Origin: Candidatus Latescibacterota bacterium
GTDB lineage: Bacteria > Latescibacterota > UBA2968 > UBA8231
DNA: 64,000 bases
Direction: 5' to 3'
NCBI GenBank assembly: GCA_964291625.2
Contig: OZ220089.1
Location: 3,072,001 to 3,136,000, forward strand
This document shows, piece after piece, positions 17,401 through 25,934 of this stretch. Below the pieces are notes generated by a model. That model was not told the DNA's origin. It saw nothing but the letters and a program-made list of their open reading frames with translations, and ran no database searches. A program made the position numbers and the translations under genes. Numbering within the stretch: the first letter of the stretch is position 1; each line of letters begins with the position of its first letter.

Positions 17401-20135
17401 GAACGCCGACCGGTCTGAAATCGACGGGGGGCGACCGGCAGGTTTCCCTGTCCTGGAGAGCCCCGGACAACTGCGGCTCGACGATCACGGGGTATCGGTA
17501 TTGGTACCGGAAGAAGTCGCAGGCGGCGTGGGAGGACAGCGGGGACGCGGCGGGCACGTCGGTGACGGTTCCGGGGCTCGACAACGACGTGCCCTACCGC
17601 TTCGAGATCCGGGCCGCCAACGGCGCCGGCCGGAGCCTGGCGGCGGGCATCGACGGGACCCCGGTGCCCTGTGTCCTGTCGCTGTCGGGCCCGACCGATG
17701 TGAATTACGCCGAGAACGGCACCGGATCGGTGGGCACCTACAGGGTCACGCGTTCGAGCGCCTGCGATGCGACGCTCCCGCTCACGTGGTCGCGGGCGGG
17801 GACCGACGCCAGTGACTTCCGCGAGCTGTCCGGTACCGGGTCGTCCCGATCGCTGAGATTCAACAGTGCGCCCAACTACGAGGCCAAGAGTTCCTACAGC
17901 GTGACCGTGCAGGTCACCGACGGGTCGGCGTCGGCGAGTCGTCCGGTGACGGTGACCGTGACCAACCAGCCCGAGGCAGGCCGGATCACCCTGTCCCCGT
18001 CGACGCCGATGACGTGCGCCCATGTGAACGCCACCCTCCAGGACGTCGACGGCGGGATCACTACGCAGGCTTCCGCATCTCCGACGACTCCGCCGACGTT
18101 CACCTACGGATGGGAGTGGGTCCCGCCGAGCGCGGGGCCCAGCGGTTCGTCGGGGACCTCCACGACCCGGAGCTACCTGCCGGCCAATTCGAGCGTGGGC
18201 CAGACGGTGCAGGTGACCGTGAGATACGGGGATCGGGCCTCGGACCGGAATACGGCCACCCTGACCTCGGGGGCGGTGGCCGCCAACACCCCGCGAACGC
18301 CGACCGGTCTGAAATCGACGGGGGGCGACCGGCAGGTTTCCCTGTCCTGGAGAGCCCCGGACAACTGCGGCTCGACGATCACGGGGTATCGGTATTGGTA
18401 CCGAAAGAAGTCGCAGACGGCGTGGGAGGACAGCGGGGGCACGGCGGGTACGTCGGTGACGGTTCCGGGGCTCGACAACGACGTGCCGTACCGCTTCGAG
18501 ATCCGGGCCGCCAACGGGGCCGGCCGGAGCCTGGCGGCGGGCATCGACGGGACCCCGGTGCCCTGTGTCCTGTCACTGTCGGGCCCGACCGATGTGAATT
18601 ACGCCGAGAACGGCACCGGATCGGTGGGCACCTACAGGGTCACGCGTTCGAGCTCCTGCGATGCGACGCTCCCGCTCACGTGGTCGCGGGCGGGGACCAA
18701 CGCCTCGGCCTTCAAGTTGACCGGCACCGGGTCGTCCCGATCGCTGCGTTTCAACAGTGCGCCCAACTACGAGGCCAAGAGTTCCTACAGCGTGACCGTG
18801 CAGGTCACCGACGGGTCGGCGTCGGCGAGTCGTCCGGTGACGGTGACCGTGACCAACGCCGACGACCCGGGGGTCGTCACCCTGGATCGCGGCCGTCCCA
18901 AGGTGGGAGAGCATGTCACGGCCACCCTCACCGACGAGGACGGAGGCATCACCGGGCCGACCTGGTCCTGGAGTACCGAAAGCGGCGCCGCCGGCCAGGC
19001 CTCCTCGGTGCAGTCGTTCCGCTACACGGTGCCGTCCTCCGACGTCGGCCAGCGTCTGCAGGCGTCGGTCAGCTACACGGACAACCACGGGTCGGGCAAG
19101 AGCGCGTCCGGCCGGTCCAGCGTCGTGCGGGCGAACACGCCCACGGCGCCCCCGGGCTTCCGCGCCGTGCGCGGCAACGGGCAGGTCGCCCTCTCCTGGG
19201 GCGCGGCCGACGGCCGGGGCGCCGCCGTCGACCGCTACGACATCCGCCGCGCGGGGGCGGGCTGGACGGCCGTGCCCGGCGCCGGCAGCGCCCGCGACAC
19301 GACGGTGACGGGGCTGACCAACGGCACGTCGTACGCCTTCGAGGTCCGGGCCCACAACGGCGCCGGCAACGGCGCCGCCTCCAGCGCCTCGGCGACGCCG
19401 GCCACCTTGCCCGGGGCGCCGACGAACCTGGCCACCGACCGGCAGGGCGGCAACGGATTCATGGAGCTGACCTGGGGCGAGGCGCCGGCCAATGGCTCGC
19501 CCGTCCTGCACTACTACTACCGCTACAAGAAGACCAGCGACACCGGCTGGCGCGGCTGGTACCGCCGCGCCGGCGGGGCGGACGCGCGCAGCAAGTCGTG
19601 GAGCAACTTCGACGACGGCGCCTCGTACGTCTTCCAGGTGCGGGCCCGCAACGGGGTCGGCTACGGCACCACCGCCCAGATCTCGGCGGCGCCCCTCGGG
19701 CCCGGCGGCACGGCCGACGACGACGGGGCCGGCGGGCACGTAGAGACCGAGGACGAGCTGATGCCCGAGGGCGAGGTCCCCGAGCCCGGCGAAGACGAAG
19801 TGGTGGTCGTCGCCAAGCCGGTGGCCGAGGGGCCGGCCGGCTGGCTGGCGGCGGCCGACTCGCTGGCGGTGCGCTCCGCGCCCAACCCCTTCAACCCGAG
19901 CACCACCCTCCACTTCCAGCTGCCGGAGGCAGGCCCGGTGACCCTGACCGTCTACAACGTGGCCGGCCAGGTCGTGGCCGAGCTGGCGCGCGGCGAGGTC
20001 CTGGAGGCCGGGCGGCACGCCCGGGAATGGCACGGCACCGACGAGCGCGGCCGGGCGCTGGCCTCCGGCCTCTATCTCTACCGGCTGATCGCCGGCGGCC
20101 AGGTCCGCGTCGGCAAAATCGCCCTCATCCGATAG
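11433..20135 (+). CDS. Giant secreted adhesin-like protein (2900 aa): signal peptide, low-GC GH-like head, multiple fibronectin type III and cadherin-like repeats, C-terminal FlgD-Ig/T9SS-like domain
   Basis: Signal peptide AQA-VA; repeated GLxNGxxYxFEVRA (FN3), PDFEAPADAD/PNYE (cadherin); terminal PNPFNPSTT...ASGLYLYRL. Confidence 0.9.
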   Translation: MKAHSLAATLILALILGTHAQAVAQSTWTISEEPENGVWVQKDGNRFFAVGLWVSELNRGLVKRLQAQPDGDSNYDHFNVVYVHRLGRALGLADPLCMRSDCTHRDGIDAQLADRVLMSGGASLEYALTDRLGEASGSIGNYRPYASNDDYWITANGSETLAGYTKSDDSDNHEILANYIGSKVVTATEEKLTQDGLAGLSDDYMADEPEVYRQHWYLPPSVLEAYYKKIITNPSPRRLAAVGYGPIHGNTYFYDLCIRQNPSGFPRPSDVHFPLNRHFDSCIATCEGKPKSEQEGCKKKCIDLDDYKRAYETALGMDGMATITSCGDPTVTDDTAPSGSYNPRSSDDSNLATHVQQVVRHYKDYTDIHMINSYAAINKDVANAGKIVSAIKAESPKPVWMWFHGRYMFDDLNDEGDNRRSFEEIRAQVYTAIASEATGVMIYTDGETSSTDLRYAGRLAAALHRNRDILSAKYGTTGTVQCGTAGTGVAYYAVKAVSRGESTDEYLLISNPTNGTCEVSLPRSLGGPVSLGARESRIRHLLNLQAQWVVDGAHVFAHDKARLTWDDPGNTAITGWEYRQQEGDSAWGAWQEASSSASTVTKVVEGLNIWRTYRFQVRARYADGTGPVPLPQSGVAVLSPWLDFTQVPTAALLGGDGKAQFVVEFDWPVDRPDLPEGSRRILPGNLQVQVVTVPATGEKTESEFVALSSIEEVLPGAALAEAPLEDLPPGEEPASGEAGARASSASSRAVSSFGVSGLKNGVTYQFKVRLVRPDGVTGPASATGSLLGLRQRRTGAVALSWTVPADPGKSAITAWQYRQQAGSESWGLWQSVTRSTGSTTSHTVTGLGAAETYRFQVRGIGPGGPFAESFTVSAPAVPSPPQNFTAVAGDGQVLVTWQAPASTGGSSLLGYHYKESGGGRTTGWIEFQKSWTRYLPQNLKNGVAYTIEVRAYNGAGAGASVDTTVTPAGAPRAPGDFTAAPGDGQVALSWTAADSNGAPITAYEVQYAPKSHSGAEVDWSDVTWSVVPGDSTARDTTITELSNGTPYGFRVAARNRVNLGTPAEKEATPQGNRGNRPPVITAPDTVWFAEHRSDSVATLSAADPEDDAVTWSHAGADVDRFEVRGDSLYFKMTPAFPSPDFEAPADADEDNFYQVTLTATDDGEPAASASHAMTVAVTNAPEAGRVTLNTMEPRVGMHLTATLTDPDQGVAHDRWSWEELDGASSARQRTQPPAQSQRYTVEDRVKGRRLLAKVTYTDGHGPDRAVSDTTAAVRANVPGPPGDLQAEEGDEQVELTWTAAAAHGSAIDRYELRYRRSESSWAGRDWSEVPGGGGARDTTVTGLTNDIEYVFQVWAHNGEGYGRADSVRATPQGNRGNRPPVITEPDTVWFAEHRTDSVATLSATDPEGQAIAWSHAGADVGLFKVRGDSLYFKMTPDFEAPADADEDNFYQVTLTATDDGEPAASASHDMTVAVTNAPEAGRVTLNTTQPRVGMHLTATLTDPDQGVINDRWSWEELGGASSAGQRTQPPAQSQRYTVEDRVKGRRLLAKVTYTDGHGPDQAVSDTTAAVRANVPGAPGSLQATAGDGRVTLGWTVADSNGAWITGYAYRDSAHTAGSTWSAWPETPPIAGDATSHPVTGLDNGTGYTFEVRAVNPVGAGPASSPASATPDADPECVITVSEVSKTDVPENSTPTVGVYEASANSSCGPLTWSRTGSDASRFQELRAVTGHPNRRSLHFVSAPNYEEKRIYSVTIRVSDPSGSAGTFPRVVRVTDVNEPPVITGPASKSVPENTPTTTTVATYTATDPEGHSVTWSVLGTDAADFQDLSDSGALRFGSVPNFESAADADTDNSYSLNVVATDNGSPTASSSKPVTVTVTNRPEAGRITLSPSTPMTCAHVNATLEDVDGGITTQASASPTTPPTFTYGWKWVPPSAGPSGSSGTSTTRSYLPANSSVGQTVQVTVRYGDRASDRNTATLTSGAVAANTPRTPTGLKSTGGDRQVSLSWRAPDNCGSTITGYRYWYRKKSQAAWEDSGDAAGTSVTVPGLDNDVPYRFEIRAANGAGRSLAAGIDGTPVPCVLSLSGPTDVNYAENGTGSVGTYRVTRSSACDATLPLTWSRAGTDASDFRELSGTGSSRSLRFNSAPNYEAKSSYSVTVQVTDGSASASRPVTVTVTNQPEAGRITLSPSTPMTCAHVNATLQDVDGGITTQASASPTTPPTFTYGWEWVPPSAGPSGSSGTSTTRSYLPANSSVGQTVQVTVRYGDRASDRNTATLTSGAVAANTPRTPTGLKSTGGDRQVSLSWRAPDNCGSTITGYRYWYRKKSQTAWEDSGGTAGTSVTVPGLDNDVPYRFEIRAANGAGRSLAAGIDGTPVPCVLSLSGPTDVNYAENGTGSVGTYRVTRSSSCDATLPLTWSRAGTNASAFKLTGTGSSRSLRFNSAPNYEAKSSYSVTVQVTDGSASASRPVTVTVTNADDPGVVTLDRGRPKVGEHVTATLTDEDGGITGPTWSWSTESGAAGQASSVQSFRYTVPSSDVGQRLQASVSYTDNHGSGKSASGRSSVVRANTPTAPPGFRAVRGNGQVALSWGAADGRGAAVDRYDIRRAGAGWTAVPGAGSARDTTVTGLTNGTSYAFEVRAHNGAGNGAASSASATPATLPGAPTNLATDRQGGNGFMELTWGEAPANGSPVLHYYYRYKKTSDTGWRGWYRRAGGADARSKSWSNFDDGASYVFQVRARNGVGYGTTAQISAAPLGPGGTADDDGAGGHVETEDELMPEGEVPEPGEDEVVVVAKPVAEGPAGWLAAADSLAVRSAPNPFNPSTTLHFQLPEAGPVTLTVYNVAGQVVAELARGEVLEAGRHAREWHGTDERGRALASGLYLYRLIAGGQVRVGKIALIR
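14631..16158 (+). repeat. Intragenic duplication of a cadherin+Ig module (about 14631-15268 and 15537-16158)
   Basis: Near-identical DNA; ATPQGNRGNRPPVIT...AVRANVPG twice, second copy lacks 15 bp (AFPSP). Confidence 0.9.
17049..18857 (+). repeat. Intragenic tandem duplication, ~894-bp unit (Ig+FN3+cadherin)
   Basis: PVTVTVTN.PEAGRITLSPSTPMTCAHV... repeated at an 894-bp offset with very few differences. Confidence 0.95.
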
Positions 20136-20165
20136 GGGGAAAAACAGACAGGAACACGCAACACC

Positions 20166-20299
20166 AACGAGTTCGACTCGGTGGAGGAGGACCCGCCCGA
20201 GCACATGGCGAGGGTGCGCGAGACCGCCTGCGAGCAGGGACTCTGGTACCGCGACCGCCGCCGCGAGATGGTCGACCGCTACCTTGGCGACTTCATCTA
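20166..20299 (+). repeat. 134-bp direct repeat, copy 2 (orphan fragment of the DUF362 gene)
   Basis: Encodes NEFDSVEEDPPEHMARVRETACEQGLWYRDRRREMVDRY, as in 10196-10329. Confidence 0.95.
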
Positions 20300-20337
20300 C
20301 TGCTCCCCTTGTTTCGGGGGCTTGGTCGTCAGGGCCT

Positions 20338-22725
20338 CTACTCGGCCTCGCCCAGTCGGTACCCGACCTTGGATTCGTTGAAGATGTAGGTGGGGTTCCG
20401 GGCTTCGTCTCCCAGCTTGCGGCGGATGCTCTTCACGGTCGAGCGCAACGTCCCCAGATCGGCGGAAGGCGGCAGGCCCCAGACCTGCTGCAGCAGGTCT
20501 TCGTAGGTCACCGGCGTGCCCAGATCGATGGCCAGCTCCACCAGCAGCCGGTACTCGGTGGCCGTCAACGGCACCCGCTGTCCGGCCAGGGTCGCCCTTC
20601 TTCGGGCGTAGTCGACGGTCAACTCCCCGACGACCGACGGTTCCGTGGGCTGGTCCCGTCCGGGTCCGGCCCGACGGCGCAGGGCGGCCCGGATCCGGGC
20701 CGTCAGCTCCGTCGGGGAAAAGGGCTTGACCACGTAGTCGGAAGCCCCCGCGTCCAAGGCCCGGGCCATCACCTCATCCCGGCCGTAAGCGGACAGGAAG
20801 ATGACGGGCACGCGGGCCTCTTGGAAGAGCTTCTGCATCAGCTCGATGCCGTCGACCCCCGGCAGCACGAGGTCGAGCAGCACCAAGTGGGGGCGGTGCT
20901 CCTCCATGAGCAAGGACACCTGCTCCGGGTCCCCGGTCACGATGGACCGGTAGCCGGCTTTCGAGAGGGTGTCGCGCACCTTGCGCAGGGTTTCCGGGTC
21001 GTCGTCCACCACCAGGATCCGGGGCCCCTTCCCCCCGCGCTTCCGTCGTCGGCGGGAAGCCGGGGCGGGTTCCGCCGAAGCCATTCCGGTCTCCTCGGCG
21101 ATGGGGAGGGTGAAGGTGATGCGGGTACCCCGGCCGGCGCCGTCGCTGGCCGCCCGGATGCGTCCTCCGTGGGTTTCCACGAGGCCACGGCAGATGGCCA
21201 GGCCCAGACCTGACCCCCCATTCCCCTCCTCCCGGTCGGATCCCTCGAGGCGGGGGAACTTCCGGAACAGGTGCGGCAGCTGCTCGGCCGGCACCCCCCG
21301 GCCCCGGTCGGAGACCGTGACGGCCACATGGACCTCCTCCCTCGCCGCCGCTACCCGGATGGGTGTTGACCCGGGCGCATGCCGAGCGGCGTTGGACAGC
21401 AGGTTGCCCAGGACCTGGACGATGCGCATCCGGTCCGCCATCACGGGGGGGAGATCGGGGGGCAGCTCGATCCGCAGGTTGTCGGCTCCCTCGCGGCCCG
21501 AGAAGCTGTTGCGGGCCTGTTCCACCAGCTCGGCCACGGACGTCGGTTCGGGATTGACCTGCAAGGTGCCGGTCTCCATGCGGGCCACGTCCAGCAGATC
21601 GTTGATCAGCCCGCTCATGTGGTCGGTCTGCTGGTTGATGATGCGGAAGAACTGGCGGACCATCCCGGCGTCGTTCAGCACGGACGGGTCGTCCAGCACG
21701 GTGGCCGCCGAGCCCTTGATGGAGGTCAGGGGGACGCGCAGCTCGTGGCTCACCATGGCCAGGAACTCGGCCCGCAACCGCTCCTGCTCCTCGAGCGGGG
21801 TCAGGTCCTGCAGGGTCACGACATAGGAGTCGATCTCCCCTTCCTCCGAGGGGATGGGCGTGGCATTGACCAGGGTGGTGACCGATTCTCCCCCGGGCCC
21901 CTGCATGACGATCTCCTCGGCGCGCACCGTCTCCCCGGCGCTCAAGGCCTGGGCCAGGGAGAGCTCCTCCAGGGAGACCTCCCGCCCGTCGCCTCGTTGG
22001 AAGGTCAGGATCCGGAGAAGATCCTCCGGCGACTGGTCCGCCGGCCGCAGGCCCTCGACGATCCTCCTCGCCTCCCGGTTCAGCGATCTGGGCGCGCCCG
22101 TCCTCGCGTCGAAGACCACCACGCCCACCGGGGAGGTGTGGATCAGGGTCTCCAGGTCGGTCCGGGCCCGCTGCTCGTCCCGGTAGCGGCGGGCGTTGGC
22201 GATCACCAGGGCCGCCTGGGAGGCGAACATGACCAGGGTCTCCTCGTCTTCCCGGCTGAACTCTTCGCCGGCTTGCTCTGCTTCCTTGCCGGCCAGGAAG
22301 AGGTGGCCGACCCGTTCGCCCCGGTGGAGCACCGGCGCCGCCAGAAAGCAGATGACCGGACCGACCTGCAGGGCCAGCCCTACCTCGGGCCGGCCCTGTG
22401 ACTGGAGATGGCCGAGCAGATCCGGGAGCCGGAGTGGGGAGGAAAAGCCGCCGAGGTAGTCGTAGAGCCGCACCCCCTCGGGCACGTCCCAGAGCTGCCG
22501 GTCCTCTTCGGCCGTCATCCCGGAGGAGAGGAAGTCCCGGGGACTACCCGAGTCGTCCAGGAAGGTCATCACTCCGTAGCGGGCTCCCGTCAGCGACCGG
22601 GCCGAGTCCAGGACCCCTTGCAGCACCGTGGGGTAGTCGAGGCTCTCGTTGATGCGCAGGCTGGCCTGGCTCAACCGGGTCAGGCGCTCCCGCAGGACCT
22701 CGTGGTCACGTTCCATAGTCGTCAC
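20338..22725 (-). CDS. Cytoplasmic hybrid sensor kinase/response regulator: GAF-PAS-HisKA-HATPase-REC-OmpR winged helix
   Basis: MVSHELRVPL (H box), NLLSNA, DRGRG, GSGLGLAIC, ILVVDDD, LLDLVLP, KPF, C-terminal LRSTVKSIRRKLG...GYRL; no obvious TM segment. Confidence 0.92.
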   Translation of the reverse strand: MTTMERDHEVLRERLTRLSQASLRINESLDYPTVLQGVLDSARSLTGARYGVMTFLDDSGSPRDFLSSGMTAEEDRQLWDVPEGVRLYDYLGGFSSPLRLPDLLGHLQSQGRPEVGLALQVGPVICFLAAPVLHRGERVGHLFLAGKEAEQAGEEFSREDEETLVMFASQAALVIANARRYRDEQRARTDLETLIHTSPVGVVVFDARTGAPRSLNREARRIVEGLRPADQSPEDLLRILTFQRGDGREVSLEELSLAQALSAGETVRAEEIVMQGPGGESVTTLVNATPIPSEEGEIDSYVVTLQDLTPLEEQERLRAEFLAMVSHELRVPLTSIKGSAATVLDDPSVLNDAGMVRQFFRIINQQTDHMSGLINDLLDVARMETGTLQVNPEPTSVAELVEQARNSFSGREGADNLRIELPPDLPPVMADRMRIVQVLGNLLSNAARHAPGSTPIRVAAAREEVHVAVTVSDRGRGVPAEQLPHLFRKFPRLEGSDREEGNGGSGLGLAICRGLVETHGGRIRAASDGAGRGTRITFTLPIAEETGMASAEPAPASRRRRKRGGKGPRILVVDDDPETLRKVRDTLSKAGYRSIVTGDPEQVSLLMEEHRPHLVLLDLVLPGVDGIELMQKLFQEARVPVIFLSAYGRDEVMARALDAGASDYVVKPFSPTELTARIRAALRRRAGPGRDQPTEPSVVGELTVDYARRRATLAGQRVPLTATEYRLLVELAIDLGTPVTYEDLLQQVWGLPPSADLGTLRSTVKSIRRKLGDEARNPTYIFNESKVGYRLGEAE

Positions 22726-22938
22726 TCAGCTGGGAAGAGGAACCAAGTTGGAATCTCCAGAACAGACCATTGTCCACCAAGATACCATGAAAAATGGGCC
22801 TATTTCCATCGGTTGTCCACTTGGAGGGCGTACATTTAGGGGTTGCGTCCACATCGACAGACTGCTTGGCCAAGGACCCCCGGGGGCTTGAAGCCCCCAC
22901 TGGTATAGAAGGGGACTCCTGGGGAAGGATCAAAGGCA

Positions 22939-23804
22939 ATGAGCGCTCGCGGAGGGTGGTTCCTGGCGGCCGTGTTTCTGGTATCGAGCGTCCTCTGGGC
23001 CGGCGCTCAGGCGGGGTTCTTCCCCATCGGGGCCTGGTTTCCGGGGATGCAAGGGGCAAGAGTCCCACCGACAGAGGCGGAGGAGCGCGCGGGGGGCGAA
23101 GGCGCCGGGGCCGCCGCCTCGGCAGAGGTCGCGCCGGCCGGGGGGCCCGGCCCGGCGACCCTGGCCGCCGATCCCGGCGACCGGCAGGTGGAGCGGACCT
23201 GGACGGAGGCGGGGCCCAACGGGGCCGAGGTGCAGCTGTACCGGTACCGCTACCGCACCGCGTCGGGATGGACGGGCCGCGACTGGCACAGGGTCGCCGG
23301 CCAGGGCGCCGCCCGGGACACGACGCTGACGGGTCTGAGCAACGGCACCCTCTACACCTTCGAGGTGCGGGCCAAAACCGGGAGGGCTACGGCGAGCCCG
23401 ACACGGAGACCGCCAAGCCGGTGAACCGGTCCCCGACGTGCAGCGGGCCCGAGACGGCGTCGGTGCCGGAGCGCACCCGGCGGGTGGGCACCTGCACCTG
23501 CTCGGATCCGGACCCCGGGGACGCGGTCTCCTGGTTGCTGGGGGACACCGGCGCGAGCCACTTCGGGCTGAAGACGCCCGCCACCGGCTTCGAGCTGGCT
23601 CACCGCCAGCCGGTGTCGCTGGGCGTCCACAATCTCACCGGCCAACGGGTGACGACGTTGGCGGAGGGCGTCTACCCCGGAGGGGTGTTCGCCGTCTCCT
23701 GGGACGGCCGCGACGACCGGGGCCGCGAGCTGGCCAGCGTGTACCTGGCCCGGTTGCGGCTGGGCGAGCGGGCCCTTTCTCATCCCATGACCTTGGTGAG
23801 GTGA
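22939..23804 (+). pseudogene. Collapsed remnant of a secreted FN3/cadherin/FlgD protein (frameshift near 23372)
   Basis: Signal peptide + FFPIGAWFP, one FN3 (GLSNGTLYTFEVRA), half a cadherin repeat, then an abrupt jump into an FlgD tail lacking PNPFN. Confidence 0.8.
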
Positions 23805-23809
23805 GTACA

Positions 23810-24052
23810 ATGCGACCACGGAGTGCGACAAGAAGCGGCGCGGTGTGGCGCCTTGGGTTGATCCTGCTGCTGTCGGCGACCTTGTGGCCGATGAGCCTGC
23901 TCGCCGAGGCCCCGATCGGCCGCTTCGTCATCGGGGTGTGGTCGCCGGCGGGCGGGTCCGGCGCAGACCTCCAAGACACCCCGGGGCAGGTTGTGACCGC
24001 CAGGGCGACGGGCGAAGGGGCGGAGAACGACTTCGTGACCCAGCGGTGGTGA
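23810..24052 (+). pseudogene. 80-aa stub ORF 1: signal peptide plus first strand of a GH-like domain, truncated
   Basis: MRPRSATRSGAVWRLGLILLLSATLWPMSLLAEAPIGRFVIGVWSPAG. Confidence 0.6.
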
Positions 24053-24096
24053 GGCCATGGACCAATCAATGCAAGGCAAACCAGAGGAGATACCCC

Positions 24097-25646
24097 ATGC
24101 AACCATTGCGACGATTCTCTCTGACCGGCTTGGCGCTGCTGCTGGGGGCGCCGCTGGCGGCGGCGGGCCAGAACGACTCGGGGACGCTGGAGGTGTTGGT
24201 GGAGGGGGGGCTTCAGGGGACAGCGGCCCCTCGTCCGCCACCTTCGAGAGGCGCAAGGTTTCGGACCTGGTGAGGGTTGACATCGGGCCGGGGCGGTCGG
24301 TCACGGACCCCGGGCAACGGATCGGCACCGGTTCCGGGACTGTCATCACGCCGACGGTCACGGTGACGGACCTGGTCACCGAAGCCAGTGTGTATCCCCG
24401 GAATTTCCGCCACGTAACCTCGGACTCCCTGGGACGGATATGGACGACCGCCAGAGAACCAGAAGGGCTGTACATCTTCTCCGACAGCACTTCATGGCGG
24501 CTCGTCTCCTTCTCATCGACCCAGGGTGTCCGGGATCTCGGCCGGGACGCTCAGGGAAGGATCTGGGTGATATCAGGCTTGGACATCGTGTACCGAATCG
24601 CGGGTAGTACCGTGACGGAGTACAGCGGCTTTCGGGGTCTCGGAGTCGCGCATCTGCCCACCTTCGCGGCAGGCAGGGGAGACACGGTGTGGATGGGGGG
24701 GAACAGGGCGAAGGGGACGAATCCGGCCCTGTTGTTGCGCTTCGACGGGCGAGAGTGGCGGCGGTTCTCGCGTACCGACGGGTTGCCCCGCTATTCGTGG
24801 ATAGCCGCGATGGCGGTAGACAGCACCGGCACGGTGTGGGGCTTTCCCGGCTATGATGCTCCAGACCATATCACTCCTCCGGGTCCCCAACCTTCCCTGA
24901 TCTCGTATGACGGCCGCGAGTGGCGCGGGTGGTACTCGTTCAGGTTTGGTGGAGATCTCGGCCATATGGCAGCATACGAAGTGGGAATGGTGGTCGATCC
25001 GGGTGGCACGCTGTGGATCACAACCCCATATCTCCTGGCACACAAGACGGCCGGCGGGTGGATGTCGTACGAGTACGTCTTGACAGGAGGAGGAGGGAGC
25101 CGGATGGGACGCTCGATGGCCGCAGAGCGCGCCGGTCGTATCTGGATTGACGGAGACGGGGGCTGGATCGGGGTGTTCGAGTCCGGCCAATTCTACCGCA
25201 CAGCCACCGGCTCGAATCCGGATGTCTTCGACAGCCCGTTTCAACAGCCCGGCCAGAAGCTGTACTACGACGGGGAGGTGCTGTGGACAGCCGGGAGTCG
25301 GCTGGGCCGCTGGCGCCTGCCGGGGCCGGCGACCTCGATGGAGGATGAGATCGATCCCGAATCGTCGGGTCAGTCTCGTCTGCTCGACATCTATCCCAAC
25401 CCGTTCAATGCGCTCACCGTCATCGGCTTCGAGCTGGCTCGCCGCCAGTCGGTGTCGCTGGGCGTCCACAATCTCACCGGTCAACGGGTGACGACGTTGG
25501 CGGAGGGCGTCTACCCCGAAGGGGTGTTCGCCGTCTCCTGGGACGGCCGCGACGACCGAGGTCGCGAGCTGGCCAGCGGGGTGTACCTGGCCCGGCTGCG
25601 GTTGCCCGAGCGAGCTCTTTCCCAGCCCTTGACGCTGGTGAGGTGA
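24097..25646 (+). CDS. Secreted beta-propeller (Reg_prop-like) protein with FlgD-Ig tail, copy 1; frameshifted in a G7 tract at 24204-24210
   Basis: RBS gaggag + MQPLRRFSLTGLALLLG signal peptide; D..G.IW blade repeats; YPNPFN...ASGVYLARL; the paralogue has G8 and is in frame. Confidence 0.8.
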
Positions 25647-25651
25647 GACCC

Positions 25652-25894
25652 ATGCGACCACGGAGTGCGACAAGAAGCGGCGCGGTGTGGCGCCTTGGGT
25701 TGATCCTGCTGCTGTCGGCGGCCCTGTGGCCGCTGAGTCTGCGCGCCGAGGCCCCGATCGGCCGCTTCGTCATCGGGGTGTGGTCGCCGGCCGGCTGGTC
25801 CGGCGCAGACCTCCAAGACACCCCGGGGCAGGTTGGGATCGCCACGGCGACGGGCGAAGGGGCGGAGAACGACTTCGAGACCCAGCGGTGGTGA
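25652..25894 (+). pseudogene. 80-aa stub ORF 2 (paralogue of 23810-24052)
   Basis: Near-identical sequence and the same stop position. Confidence 0.6.
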
Positions 25895-25934
25895 GGCCAT
25901 GGATCAATCAAAGGCAAACCAGAGGAGATACCCC

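Noticed and set aside
12342-18023. 1893-aa antisense ORF and other long shadow ORFs (for example 50859-54221, 3046-5100, 29003-30907)
   Set aside because: Opposite or alternative frames of well-supported genes in GC-rich DNA, with no recognisable motifs
20181-20381. 66-aa ORF as an independent gene
   Set aside because: It is the duplicated DUF362 fragment running into unrelated sequence
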